Assembly: GCF_041956535.1 (NCBI RefSeq)
Contig: NW_027192202.1
Location: 728,870 to 792,869, forward strand
Direction: 5' to 3'
Source of the DNA: Calcarisporiella thermophila CBS 279.70
Taxonomy: Eukaryota > Fungi > Calcarisporiellomycota
DNA length: 64,000 nt
Part shown: positions 22,946 through 35,500 of the stretch, piece by piece
How the letters are laid out: every line of letters begins with the position of its first letter
Position numbering within the stretch: position 1 is the first letter of the stretch
Made by a program: the position numbers and the translations under genes
The notes under the pieces: generated by a model
The model's database searches: none
What the model saw: the letters and a program-made list of their open reading frames with translations, nothing else
Told to the model about the DNA's origin: nothing

Positions 22946-25900
22946 TGAACCTGTATTAAAAAAAATAATCAAGTACTTTTTTTTCGTGTGATAGTGTCTC
23001 TGTTTCTTTGACAAATTTCAATTAATTATACCTTATGCTTACAATTAATCTTTTCTTTCTCAAATAACTAATATCATTAATGACTTTATGTGCCTTGTTG
23101 CTTGTTTTCTTATCCTCCAATTATAATCCCTTCAGACGCATTATCATGTTTTTTTGGGTGGATGCAATTTAGAGTTGTAAAATGGACTCCCCTCGTTGAT
23201 CGGGGAGAAAATAAAATATTAAATTGAAGCCTATCTCTGTATAGTCCCGTAGGTTTCCGTAAACGCGTGTTTTGGTGACTTTATGTTTTTAGAATCGAGT
23301 CTTAGCGGCGGTGAATCACAAAATTCGAGAGTGGATAGAAACGGCAATAACAGTGGGAAGATTGAAATTGTAGCTTGCTATCCAAAAAATGAGCTCATTA
23401 AAATGAATAATAGGGTCCTTATTTTTTTGTCATTTTTGTCCACACTAACCTGGTCGGTCTGAAGTGGCGAATGTCAAAATTGACGGGACATATTCTCATT
23501 TGCGCCATGCGGGGATTGGCTATGATAAGTGTATGAATTTTTAGCGGCTGAATTAACTTTACGAGAGAAGGGTAATGGTTGAGAGTGAATAGAGAGGTGT
23601 TGGTTGAGCCGAATCACTATATTACTGGTTCGATTCCCGTAGGCAACACCCGTCCATGAGAGTTTGCCGGGTTTTTTTCAGAACTCGATCGCTATCAATA
23701 GTATAGCAACAAGCAGATAATATCAAGCAGGTACAAAAATAGGTAGCAAATATCCTTAGGGGAAATTTAACTACCAAAAATGGGAGGCCGGACGCAGTAC
23801 CTGGGCGATTTTGACGTAGAAGTTCACCCTTCCATTACATTCAGATAAAAATCATCGAGTGGGTGTAAAAAAAATGCATCCCAAAGGAGAAAAAAAAAGA
23901 GGAAGTGTTGTGCCTAGTGCGGGGATAATCAGGGTTAGCCAAAACTTGCGATAAATTGAGATTCGCTTGTGTCTTATTTACTAGATTGCATATGCATTAG
24001 ACAGTAGAAAACATTGCACAGCATAGTGTGTGCACAATGTAGGTGCTACCTAAGAAGTTCTTAACACGGAATTCACGCAGCCACTCTTTTTCCTCCGTTA
24101 TTTCGTTTCAATTTGAGGACCATAATTCAGACTGGCCAACGTTGCATGAATAGGCAAAAAGGGATCACTTCCGTGAATCCGTCAATAGCGCCAGTATTCC
24201 AACACTAATACCGAGCGAATCCTGCTGACGCAAAATAATCATTATGAGCATTGACCTTAACATAAAACCACTAGAGGCTTACTTATTCGGAGAGGATACT
24301 CCGAATATCTCCTGGATTCCAAGTTCTCGGGCTTGCTGCCCCTCTGTAATATTCCGCAGAATATCCCCGAGTGCGCACCACGTTATGGTTACATTATTAT
24401 TAACTGTATTTCCTCATAAGACTTGGATTGGAAGTACCCCAATGACCCGGCCAATAGCAAAATAACCAGCTAATTCCTTTGAAGTCATGTCGCCTGGGCT
24501 AAGTTGAGAGAATGTGGGAAATTTTATGCTAGCGTGCCGGGAAATTAAACTTTTGTGTTTGATTGCAGCATGTTTAGTTAAGGCTAAAACGCTTATTGGG
24601 CGAAATTCTTTATTCTTAGTTTATACTTAGGGGTATAATGGTGAAAATAAGCGCACGGTCTTCAACTGTCGTCGAAAAAGAAGTACTCTTGGCCCTATTC
24701 TACTATGAGCTCAATAAAGAGAGAGCAGTTTCAGCTCTTGTGTTTTGTCCTTCATAATTGGGTCCGTTCTCTGGCAACACCTTCCATATTCCCATCTGAC
24801 GGGAAGCGGTGTCAATACCACGCGTATTCTCTTTTATTTTCTCATCTGTAATCAGGGTTCGAAACTATGTAATGCTTCGAAGATTTAGGTTAATCGGGGT
24901 TACCTATCAAGCTTTGTGCAGCTATTCATTCGTTTGCTAGTTAGCGTTTGGTTTAAGAAATCTAGTGTTGCTTTCTCAATTCCTCTCCGTTGTTTTCCTC
25001 CTTCTGCATAAAATATTCAGCATTTGTTCTTTTTAGAACAAAGCAGTGGGACCTGCTCACGTCCACTGCATGAGAGGTGAGGCGATTAGAGATGGAGCTC
25101 CAATACCACGGAAACTCGTATAGGCCTTCCTAGAATGCTTATGATTGTGTATTTTTCGCGGAGCTTGGTTTGGCTGTTTGTGTCCATCCTCGGAAAAAGG
25201 ATTCCTAGTGCACCGTTGTGTCAGTGATATCGACATCTTATTTTTTTTTTTCGCACAAAGAAACCATGACCTCCGCGCGCTTTTCACTTATCCACACGGC
25301 ATACTAACAAAGGTCGTCCATGACCTACCAAGCTGATTCGATGCACACCCTGCCCTTGGTGACCCAAGGTTATGGTTAAACGTGGCCATATCTGATCCTT
25401 TTGCCTTTTTGGCTTGATTCGATTATTTCTAGCCGGAGTGGTCCGCAGGTACTCCCCTGGAAACCCTGGGGGAGAGGGAGAGGGGAAGAGGGAGAATCTA
25501 AAAATGTAGCCAAGCACGAAAGCATGAGAGGAGATGGCTTGAGGATAAAATTTCGTTGGTGGGAAAAAGGTTGAGATTATGCCCACCCGATAGTGGCGTG
25601 ATATTGGTCGACTGTATCCCCCAGCTGGAATAGAAATTCGTGACATCCACGGGATTGCAAGGTTCAGTTCCATGACGGTCACAAACAATCCAAATTCTGC
25701 AAACCCACTTAAAGATAACCAGAGTGAGGAGATCTAATAGAAAAATGACCTGAGAATATGAACTTAATCAAAATGGGAATATTCTCCCGTATATATCGCA
25801 ACGGCTTTTCATTCAAATTCGCTTTTTCTCTTTTCAATTTTCTCTCTTCTCTCTTTGCCCATACCGGGTTCCTTCCAACTCACGCCATTTTTGCCTTGCA

Positions 25901-26262
25901 CCCCCACTTTAGCAGGTTGGCTAATCAATGCTAGTTTGCTTTTCGGCTCTAGTTTATTGCATATACCACTTTTGAGAGCAATTAACTTCCCACAAAGTTT
26001 TGGCGCCCCCTTCTTCTGTGTATTCACTTTATAAGCCCAACCTTTTTTTCTTAAGAGTCCAACTTCTCTCTCCTCTCGGTTATACGTGGTTCCCCCTTCC
26101 CCCTATATCATCTCTTTACAACTCTCACTAGCCCCTTATCTTATTCTCCCTTAATCTGATTAACCCAAGACTATCTGAGGTAGGCTGCCTTATCCAAAGA
26201 ATCTCGACATAAATAAACTTACTGATACCTGTCTATCTCTACTCATTTCTCTGGCACATTTA

Positions 26263-27492
26263 ATGTCTGTAGAGTCTAGCGCTTTCGTAGAGTTTGTCGC
26301 TGCAGCTTCCCAACTCAACAGAATGAAGGACACCTACCTATTGGCGGAAAAAGATGTTGGTAAGTGTTTATTTCATTTTTTTTTATAGCAGTTTGAACTC
26401 GACGCATGGGTGTTATCTAGGCCCTCAAGAGTCCTCCTTGGCCAGAGATCTCATAAAAGGGACCGTAAAGGAGCACCAAAAGGCAGGGAAGATGCCTTTT
26501 ATGCTGTAAGTGTAGATTTATATTCCTGGAATGAACGACAGGATAGCCTATTAAAGTCAATACGCTTATCCTTATCTGAATGGTTAGGCGATTCTCGCAG
26601 GGCACACTTTCACGAGAAGTATATGCCCGATTTATTCTGTCATTCTATCATATATACAAGTAAGCAACTTTTTCTCAAACATGAGGTTTCTTAATTCTTA
26701 CCGTGAACGCAATAGAGCATTGGAGGAGAAGATGGAGGAAAAAGCCTCAGATGAGAGCATCAAGGCCATCCATTTCCCAAAGGAGCTGTCGAGGTTGGAG
26801 TCCATTGAAAAAGGTAGGATAATGTTTAATTAAACGATTAATCCAAACCTCTGAGTACTCCCTACCATTCCATGCTCCTTGACTAACCCCCATTTTGATG
26901 GTTTTTCTGCTTAGACCTAGAGTTCTACCTTGGCCCCGATTGGCGCGAGGAGGCCAAGACGCTTTCGCCCGCAGTGGAGGCCTATATCAATGATATTAAC
27001 AAGGCTGCAGAGCGCCACCCCGCTCTATTGGCTGCACATACGTTCACCCGTTACCTTGGTGACTTGTGGGGAGGCCAAAAACTTGCAAAAAAGCTGGCCA
27101 AGGCGCTAGATCTCCCGAGAGAAGGCGATTTTGCCTATGTGGGAAGGCACTTCTATTACTTTGAGAACATCTCCAACCTTCCCAAGTTCCGGTCGATGTA
27201 TACTGAAAGCTACAACCAGATGAAGGTGGATCCTGAGCTGCGGCGTGAAATTGTATACGAGGCCATCAACGCCTTCAACTTGAACATGGCACTGTTTGCA
27301 GAGCTGGAGGAACTGGAGCTGGAACAGAAGCGGCTAACGGAGAAAGAGCTTGGTTCACTAGATGTCCAAGAGAAAGCAAGCACAGAGACCACCGACGGTG
27401 GCTTCACACTAAATCATCTAGCCCTACCACTAGCTGCAACATTAATATTGACGGTGATTGTTGGAGTTCGCACCATCATCAAGACGAAATAA
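26263..27492 (+). CDS. Heme oxygenase, tail-anchored, multi-exon
   Basis: GTVKEHQKA (proximal His), YHIY.ALEE, HFPKELSR, DLEFY, LLAAHTFTRYLGDLWGGQ, EAINAFNLN, C-terminal TM helix. The start may instead be ATG 26323 after a 5'UTR intron (~26180-26272). Confidence 0.92.
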
Positions 27493-27910
27493 AGTTATGC
27501 TCATATTATTTAAGTGTTGGTAAATCCGACTACTTTTTTGGGATAATTTCTCACTCTGCAATATATACTATACTATACTATATTATTTTTTTATTTATTT
27601 ATTTTTCAAGCTCATGTAACACTTATAATAAACTGATTTAGGAGTCAAGGAGAGCTAGGACTTGCTTGTATAAAGATTGGGAAGGCAGATGCCTTTATAA
27701 AAAGGCTGACATCTGGTTTACACACGCAAACGTACATGCTTGAGTACATCTCGTATTCACAATCATTACTATATTCAATTAAAGGATATATCGGCTGGTT
27801 GTCTACGCGAACAAAAGAAAAAATAGCGCATAGCCGGAGAGTGGAGAATCTAAAGACATCTGCCATGCTGATAGGGAGTGAAAAACAATTTTTGGCAAAA
27901 AAAAACATAT

Positions 27911-27927
27911 CGCTCAAGGGTGGACTC

Positions 27928-27967
<40 letters not shown>

Positions 27968-27984
27968 AATTACGCCACTAGAGC
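27911..27984 (-). tRNA. tRNA-Asn (GTT), intronless
   Basis: Reverse complement GCTCTAGTGGCGTAATTGGTTAGCGCGTTCGGCTGTTAACCGAAAGGTTGGTGGTTCGAGTCCACCCTTGAGCG folds into a cloverleaf with anticodon GTT. A T-run terminator follows. Confidence 0.97.
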
Positions 27985-28064
27985 TTCATTTTCTGTTTTG
28001 TTACGGGAATATCAGTATTTCGTACAGACAGTCATAACTGCGCCACTACAAGCCAAAAAAAAAC

Positions 28065-28546
28065 NNNNNNNNNNNNNNNNNNNNNNNNNNNNNNNNNNNN
28101 NNNNNNNNNNNNNNNNNNNNNNNNNNNNNNNNNNNNNNNNNNNNNNNNNNNNNNNNNNNNNNNNNNNNNNNNNNNNNNNNNNNNNNNNNNNNNNNNNNNN
28201 NNNNNNNNNNNNNNNNNNNNNNNNNNNNNNNNNNNNNNNNNNNNNNNNNNNNNNNNNNNNNNNNNNNNNNNNNNNNNNNNNNNNNNNNNNNNNNNNNNNN
28301 NNNNNNNNNNNNNNNNNNNNNNNNNNNNNNNNNNNNNNNNNNNNNNNNNNNNNNNNNNNNNNNNNNNNNNNNNNNNNNNNNNNNNNNNNNNNNNNNNNNN
28401 NNNNNNNNNNNNNNNNNNNNNNNNNNNNNNNNNNNNNNNNNNNNNNNNNNNNNNNNNNNNNNNNNNNNNNNNNNNNNNNNNNNNNNNNNNNNNNNNNNNN
28501 NNNNNNNNNNNNNNNNNNNNNNNNNNNNNNNNNNNNNNNNNNNNNA
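28065..28546. other. Assembly gap (N run)
   Basis: About 482 N characters. Confidence 1.
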
Positions 28547-28651
28547 ACTTCTTTTCTTCTATAACTTTATGCACAATTAGTTTTTGGTACCTTAATAACC
28601 TTTCGGCAAATTACTAGCGCTTTGAAAATTTTATTCAAGTTTGTTCTGTTT

Positions 28652-28730
28652 TGTTAAACTAGTTGTTTAACCAGTTTGTCTATTCAGTTCGTTTAACCAG
28701 TTTGTTTAATCGGTTCGTTCTATTTAGTTT
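28652..28730. repeat. Degenerate ~13-bp tandem repeat (consensus ~YGTTTAACCAGTT)
   Basis: gtttaaccagtt/tgtctattcagtt/cgtttaaccagtt/tgtttaatcggtt/cgttctatttagtt. Confidence 0.65.
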
Positions 28731-30798
28731 AATTTTGTTATATAAGAAGAGATTCAAGCGTGAGTGAACGGGGAGGCGGATTAGTTTTTTTTTATATTGA
28801 GTAATAGTCTTGAAATTTATTGTCTTATTTTTTTTTTTCTTTTTTAAGAAAATCTTTCATTTGTTTTCTTTACGTACAAATATTCACGATAAACCCCAAA
28901 ACCCACGTAACAGTTTCCGATTTTAAAGAAAGAATATTATAATAAGGAATTTTGTTGTATTTTTCGGGGCGAAAAATTTGTATTTTTTTTTTCTTTCTCC
29001 CTCTCGTATACTACTTTCCTCTCTACATGAAAAAACATGAAAGGTGTATACATTCTCTGTACACCCCCAATTCTTGCATGAATTTCTTGTTATTGACGTC
29101 TATCAATATCCTTTATTAAGAACAAAGAAGGATAATTTTAAATAATGATCCCACTAACAAAAAAAACGAAAAATTTATATTTCTTCCTTCCTTTAAGATA
29201 GGCCAGGAGCATTACCTAGGTGATTTTAAGTTAGAAGGTACATTAGCTTTTTATAGGATTGGATACTTTTCAATAAAGATACTTTGTTAAAGAAAAATTT
29301 ATAATTCACCCTTTCGCATCCCGCATGGTTTACCTGTCTTTCTTTTATTTAATTTTATCATTAGATAGTGAAAAAGATTCTATTTAGTGGAAATAATGTT
29401 TATCTGTAGTTCATTGGCTGTGAGATCTTAAGTAGGTTGCTCCTTTTTGTTATCTATCTGGTAACTTAACCGATTTGACATGAAAATATTCAAGGAACCC
29501 CAATATGACAGGGATGAAAAACCGGCATAATTTAGCCAGATTTAATGAGTATCTAATGGCATTATTCCCTCTACTGTCTCCACCCTTAATGCGGGTGGGT
29601 TTTTATAGCAACGTTTTGCTCATGTAAGAATGACCTGAAAATAAAGACGTATTCCAATAGTGGTATTTTTATCTCGTGAAATATTTTTCTCATTAGCATT
29701 ATAGACTCGAGCTTAATGATCATTTATGCAGGGGTCAATAAGTTCATGCAAACCAAACAAATTTTACCCTAGGTTGACGGTTGAATGCTTATTCTCAAAA
29801 CTAAGTCTCCTTGTCGTTCAAAAGGGGATGTGGGGGAGAGGGGTGGCATTTTCCACCCTCTTTTCAGGCAATTCCACAGTTTATCACATGAATTTGTGAT
29901 ATTACCCAAAAAACTCTGTTATGAGTTTTATTCGATACACACTATAACATGCCAAGGTAGGTAGGGCAAGTTATAATTTGATAATCAAACGAACTCTAAA
30001 ATAAAGATGGTCCACCATCTAAGGAAAACATTGCTCATTTTCGTGATATATGCCACTCCTATTCGTAACATTAATATTTTGCGTTTTACATAACCAATTC
30101 CTATTGCATATCACTTTAATGGCATAGATTACAAATGTATGTTATACAATATCTCTAGAGAGAATTCGATTCAAATCCACCCGTTAAGCCAAATCGTCTG
30201 GGGAACAATTTGAACCTACACGGTTCTCTGTTATTTGACATCTCAGCTGAGCAAAAGATTTGCGTTAATTGAAATGACAGGCCATGATACCTAATTGTGG
30301 GGCGCCAAAATCCCAACACTAAAACCACTTTATATTGAACGAATCCATCGTGTTTAACTAAGCAGCCAACTATTCAGATTTCCAATAAGATTTTACCTCT
30401 TAGTTGAGCAGAGTGCACGGTTATAGCACCAATGTTTAAAGTCACCTATTAGCCTCTATAGGCATAATTTTCCTTCCCTTTCAGCCTGTTCCCCACGTTT
30501 TCCAAGAAAACTCGTAAGCATGTGATTGATTGATGGGATCTTTCCGAAAATAGTATGAAGAAATTAACTAAAATTACACCTGCATTCTACAACAAAGGCC
30601 ATCTGCATTAATACCGTTGGTAATAATGAACCTTGAAAGTAAATCTGAATAGATATCTTATTCAAAGTTGCTTAACATGGAACCATGGTGGTCGTAAAAA
30701 AAAATAAATAGCGAGTGAGAGTGGAGGAGAGAATCACCCAACTCGTTATTGAAAAAATATTGCTTCTCCAACCCTCTCCTTTTTAAAGCGAAACTACC

Positions 30799-31962
30799 AT
30801 GACAAACTTCCGCAAGTGGTTGACAATCGTCATTCTCATTGCCGTGTCCACGCACTCTCTGGCTGCAGAGGACTTGGACGAAATAAAAAACGCCAATCCT
30901 TTGAGCAGTGTGCTGCGAACCATTCCCAACACGCCCGATCACTCCAAGCTCAATTCTGCTCAGCTCAGGGCTGTAAAACAATACGCAAAACTCGCGGCTA
31001 ATGCAGTGTGCACGACCCTCAAACCAGGGCAGCCCTACAAATGCGGAGGCTTTTGTGATGAATTTCCGCAGACAACCGTGATCGATCGATTCGATGTGGA
31101 TCCCGAAGATATTCAGGGTTACATCGCTCGCGATGACCTGCGAAAAGCAATTGTGATATCCATCCGTGGAACGGCTTCACTACCCAACGCCATTGTCGAT
31201 GCGCAATTCAAACTGATCCCATACCCGAGTAAACTGGTCAAGAAGGCTAAAGTCCACGAAGGTGCACTATCCCAGAATTACCTCTTGTAGCCAATTGACC
31301 TGCTAACAGCATTATCTACTTAGGATTCTACAAAGCTTACCAGGGGCTCAAAAAGGTCACCATTCCTGCTCTCACCAGCCAGCTTAAACAATATCCCAGC
31401 TACGACGTAGAAGTGGTGGGACATAGTCTTGGAGGGGCTATGGCTGTGATGCAGGCGGCAGATATCTACGAGAATGTACCCGCTGTTAAGAAGGACAGGC
31501 TCTATCTGGTTACCGTGGGGGAGCCTAGAGTGGGGAATGATGCATTCGCCAAGTGGATTAGCTCCGCTGGTTTTGTGAGCAAGCGGTTGGTTTATCGCAG
31601 AGACTTGGTTCCTCACTTCCCTCCCAGGTTCTTCGGCTACGAGGTAAAGGGGATTTAATTTAACGTCACCCAAGGGGACTTTGTAACTTAGTCTGAAAGG
31701 ATCTATAGAATCGTGGGCCAGAAATTCACACCAGTGCTAGGACAAGCGACACCATTCAATGCAAGGGAGGGGAAGACGAGCGTTGCGCTAACGGAGAGCC
31801 CGTGCTAGGCCTTAATGCCCTAGACGTAATTTGAAGCTTGGAATTCATATTTTTGCCTTGTGCTCACAATTCTATATTATACTATAGCATGCTGTTTACC
31901 TAGATGTAGACATGCTTAAATGTGCTCCAGAACACGTAAGGATATTTCCACTTACGCCTTAA
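30799..31962 (+). CDS. Secreted class-3 triacylglycerol lipase, 4 exons
   Basis: Signal peptide, IVISIRGT, KVHEGF, VGHSLGGA (Ser), VGEPRVGN, RDLVPHFPP (Asp), DHAVY (His). Confidence 0.95.
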
Positions 31963-32535
31963 GAAAGACACAATAGGGTTATTAATTTAATTTCCTTGAT
32001 TAAATATAGATAAAGAAAACTATAATTGATTTGCTGAAGAAGATGTTTGACGATTTCCCTAGGGAACATGTCGAAAAAGCTAACTCGCCTCCCTCCGAGG
32101 AACACGCTCGTCGCCGTCGTTCTCAGTTCTAAAGGCGGGCTCAACATGACTTTATCTGACACGTTATTGATAATTTAATGACTAACCAAGCGCGTCGATC
32201 TGTGTTAGTATGAATTGTATCTTTCAGTAGCGGTATATATTTCCTTCATCGCCCGATGCTTATTGAATGGTTTTGCCTATTTTAATTGACAATAAAATAT
32301 GTCCTTTGCCCAAATAGCGAGGATGAGAAAAGGGACTAAGGAAAGTAAAAATTACTCTGTCATTATTGCAAAAGTTGTTCCGTAAGAAATAAGCATGATA
32401 ATTATATTATGATGTAATACAAAGAAATAGTGATATTCGTCGAGAACTCATTAAAAATTGTTTATCATATGTACAGGTTAACCTAATAGGTAAGGTGATG
32501 CAGGTTTCTCACATCCGCTTTCTTACTGATCGGCG

Positions 32536-35500
32536 CTAATCTTTCCCTCCCTGGGGTTGCTTAGATTCGGATTCGCTTTTTACTTGTCTTGCAACTAGCA
32601 TCAATTCCCAGTTCCAAGGAAGTTTGAGTATCAACAACTCACGCCCTTCATGCCAGCGAGATTGGGTGTGAAAATGAAGTGAGGTGGATTGCGAAACAGA
32701 GTGATCTGATGCTGCGGAGGAAGGGTTTGCGCAGTGGGGTGCCATGTTTATCCTAAGAAGTGCTCCCGCTATCAGCGATGCAAGCATGATAGAGAGGAGA
32801 ACGAGAAACGAATAGTGAGCTTCTGCCCCGTTCATTGGCGCGCTACGTTGAGTGTGTTCCAGGTCTTGTAAGCTCCGGTGCGAAGCGGAAAGGGTGGGCT
32901 TTGTGATGGAGGGTTCATTATCCAAATCGAGGGAATCGCCGGTAGAGATTTCTCTATAACCCTTTTCCTCCCTCTCCTGTATGTCGTCGCGGCTCTGCGG
33001 CCTTACCGTTTCAATCGATCGAGTTTCAATTGCTGCAGGCTTCAGCAGGCCCTGTTCGTCAGTAATTGACTGTAGTAGCATTTTCTGTGGTATTTTCGGT
33101 GGTAAGAGGTGTCTTGATTTAGCACGCTCCATGACCTGTTCTCCCTCGTAAGGGTGTGCATCAAGTGTCGTGACAAAACTAGAACAAAAAAAAGTAAAAT
33201 AAATGAAACTACTGGAACATCCTTAGTATGCTACTAAACTCACCTAGGTCTTCTTTCCTCTTGGTCAAAGCCCGGTTCCTGTAAGTCTTCGCCAGGAATT
33301 ATATCTATTTCTTTCCCATTCACAGTCACGCGACCATCCCAATTTTCTCCACTAGATATTGAAGTGTTTACGCCTATCATCGACGACCAACGGCTGATCC
33401 AAGGTTGAGCCACCAGCTCGGACGGTGAGAGTTGCAATTTCCAGGTCACTTCGTTGAGTTGAGAGGGTGACGGAAGAAGACGCGAGATATCCTCCTTTGA
33501 GATAATTGCGCGCAGTAAATGTTTCTGTTGTTTAGATGTCGAGGAGAGAGAGGCTGAGTGAGATGGCACAGGGAGAATATTAATGATCTCGATTGTTATA
33601 TTTTCAGGATCCAGTTCGTGGTCAAAAGAGGTGTTGATACAATATCCATTGGGGAAGCGTTTCAGATCAATCACCAGCTCTAGAAGCATAAGATTTTCAT
33701 CATCTACGCTGTTGAGTAATAGCGCTCCCTCAACTGGGGCAGACTTTCCGGCCACTCTCCCCAATTCTCCAGAATGGCCCAAAAACTTGTATCCTTGTTC
33801 CAGGTTGTTCTCCACGGAAGTCTGATCCTTTCTCGATTCCTTGTCTTCTGAATCATTTGAGCTGATCCCCTCTAGTGCCGAAGAATCAGAAACCGAAGGC
33901 GCAATTTCATTTTCCAATAAAACATTCTCCTCTCTCTTGTTATCCCAGGCATGTTTGAGGACTTCCAGCATCTTGAGATCAATACGAACCGAAATTTCGT
34001 AATCAAGCGAGGAGTGATCGTACAGGATGTTGGCAACTGACATTGGCGATCGAATAGCTTCCGCCGCCTCTGAGGAATTCATCTCTTCCTCTAATACTTT
34101 GTTTCCCGCCGAGAAAGGGAGTACTCGTTGCGAAATCAGCGGGTAGGGCGGAGAGCCATATCGATTCAAATAGACCTCCACTGCTCCTAACATTCGCGAT
34201 AGTCCGGACACGAGCATCCCGTTAATTCCACTTGGAATCGACCCTCCCAAATCGAGGGCAATGCACCAAGCTACGCGTGTCGAGGGGATGGGATGGTTGT
34301 TGGTAGTGGTATAAGGATCAACCAGCTCCATCGACCAACCTGAAACGTAGAGGTGCGCACGCGGTCTTACAACGCCGTTAGGTAGTGTTGCCACTTCTGG
34401 GAAATCAGGGATAGAGGTTTCCACGTAGACAAGGGGGCGCCCTGTCGTAATCCCAGTGGCACTGCTATTACCGGTGGTGGTTGGATCTGGAATGGAGGTA
34501 GTGGTATCATTGCCAAAGCAAGCAACTGTGAAGAGATCACGAGCTTTCAAAGGGAAGATTGATTTCATTGCCATATGCACGATGGTGCAACCACTGGGCA
34601 GCCGCCGCAGTATGTTTGCCTCTTCTAACGTGTCATCCCATATACGACGACACCCGAGTGTGCTGACTACGGCAGCTACGTCCTGTGGTGCAAAGCCCTC
34701 AATCACCTTCGTGGAGCAAAGTATGGGTACGTGTTCAGGTATAATGGCGCCCCATCCAAATCGCTTCGCCACGTTGGTTCCGGCAGTATTGGTTGCTGAA
34801 GAGCTCGAGCCTCGTTCTGGAGGCATGTTCCATTCCTCGGCACCGCCTTTCACAGATATGTCCCGCAGCAGCCTTGCAGCAGCAGCAATCACCTCTTCAG
34901 GTGAGACTAGTAGTCGGTCCAAGAGCACATCAGCATCTTTAAGTGTGGGAAGGGGTGGCGCAATTTTTGTTTTGGCTGCCGTGACGCCTAAGAAGGTTTC
35001 TCGCGCGCGATCCTGCATCGCCTTTAGAGTATTGCTGAAAGCAGCAGTATGGTCCGTTGTACTTTCTTCTTCATCACGGTAAAGGCTGCGAACTTTTACT
35101 CGCACCCCGTTGACTACTATTCCTCGCCCAGAAACTTCTGGTTTTCTCACAATTAATAATATACGTTCACCGAACGATACCCAAGGCGTCCGTTCTCCAT
35201 GCTCGATGTATAGCCAGAGCCCGTTCGCATCAGTGAGCGCAGCCTGCTCCATTTCACTTAGTGAGACTTCTTCTTTTTCAATGTGACTTCCAAAACCACG
35301 ACGCACAGCTTCGACCTTCGATGGAGGTGGGTCGATGACTATATCATAATCCAAGCTCCAGCGACGTGTGTCAAGTCTCAAAATGGCACTCACAGCGCCC
35401 AAGTGGCTGGCGATTCGCACAGATGTATCTTCATCAGTATCGCCATCCGTATCCTCCCTTTCTTCAGCAGTTTCTGGTTCTATTTCCACCTCCTTGTCGT

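Noticed and set aside
27998-28574. ORFs spanning the N run
   Set aside because: Gap artefacts.
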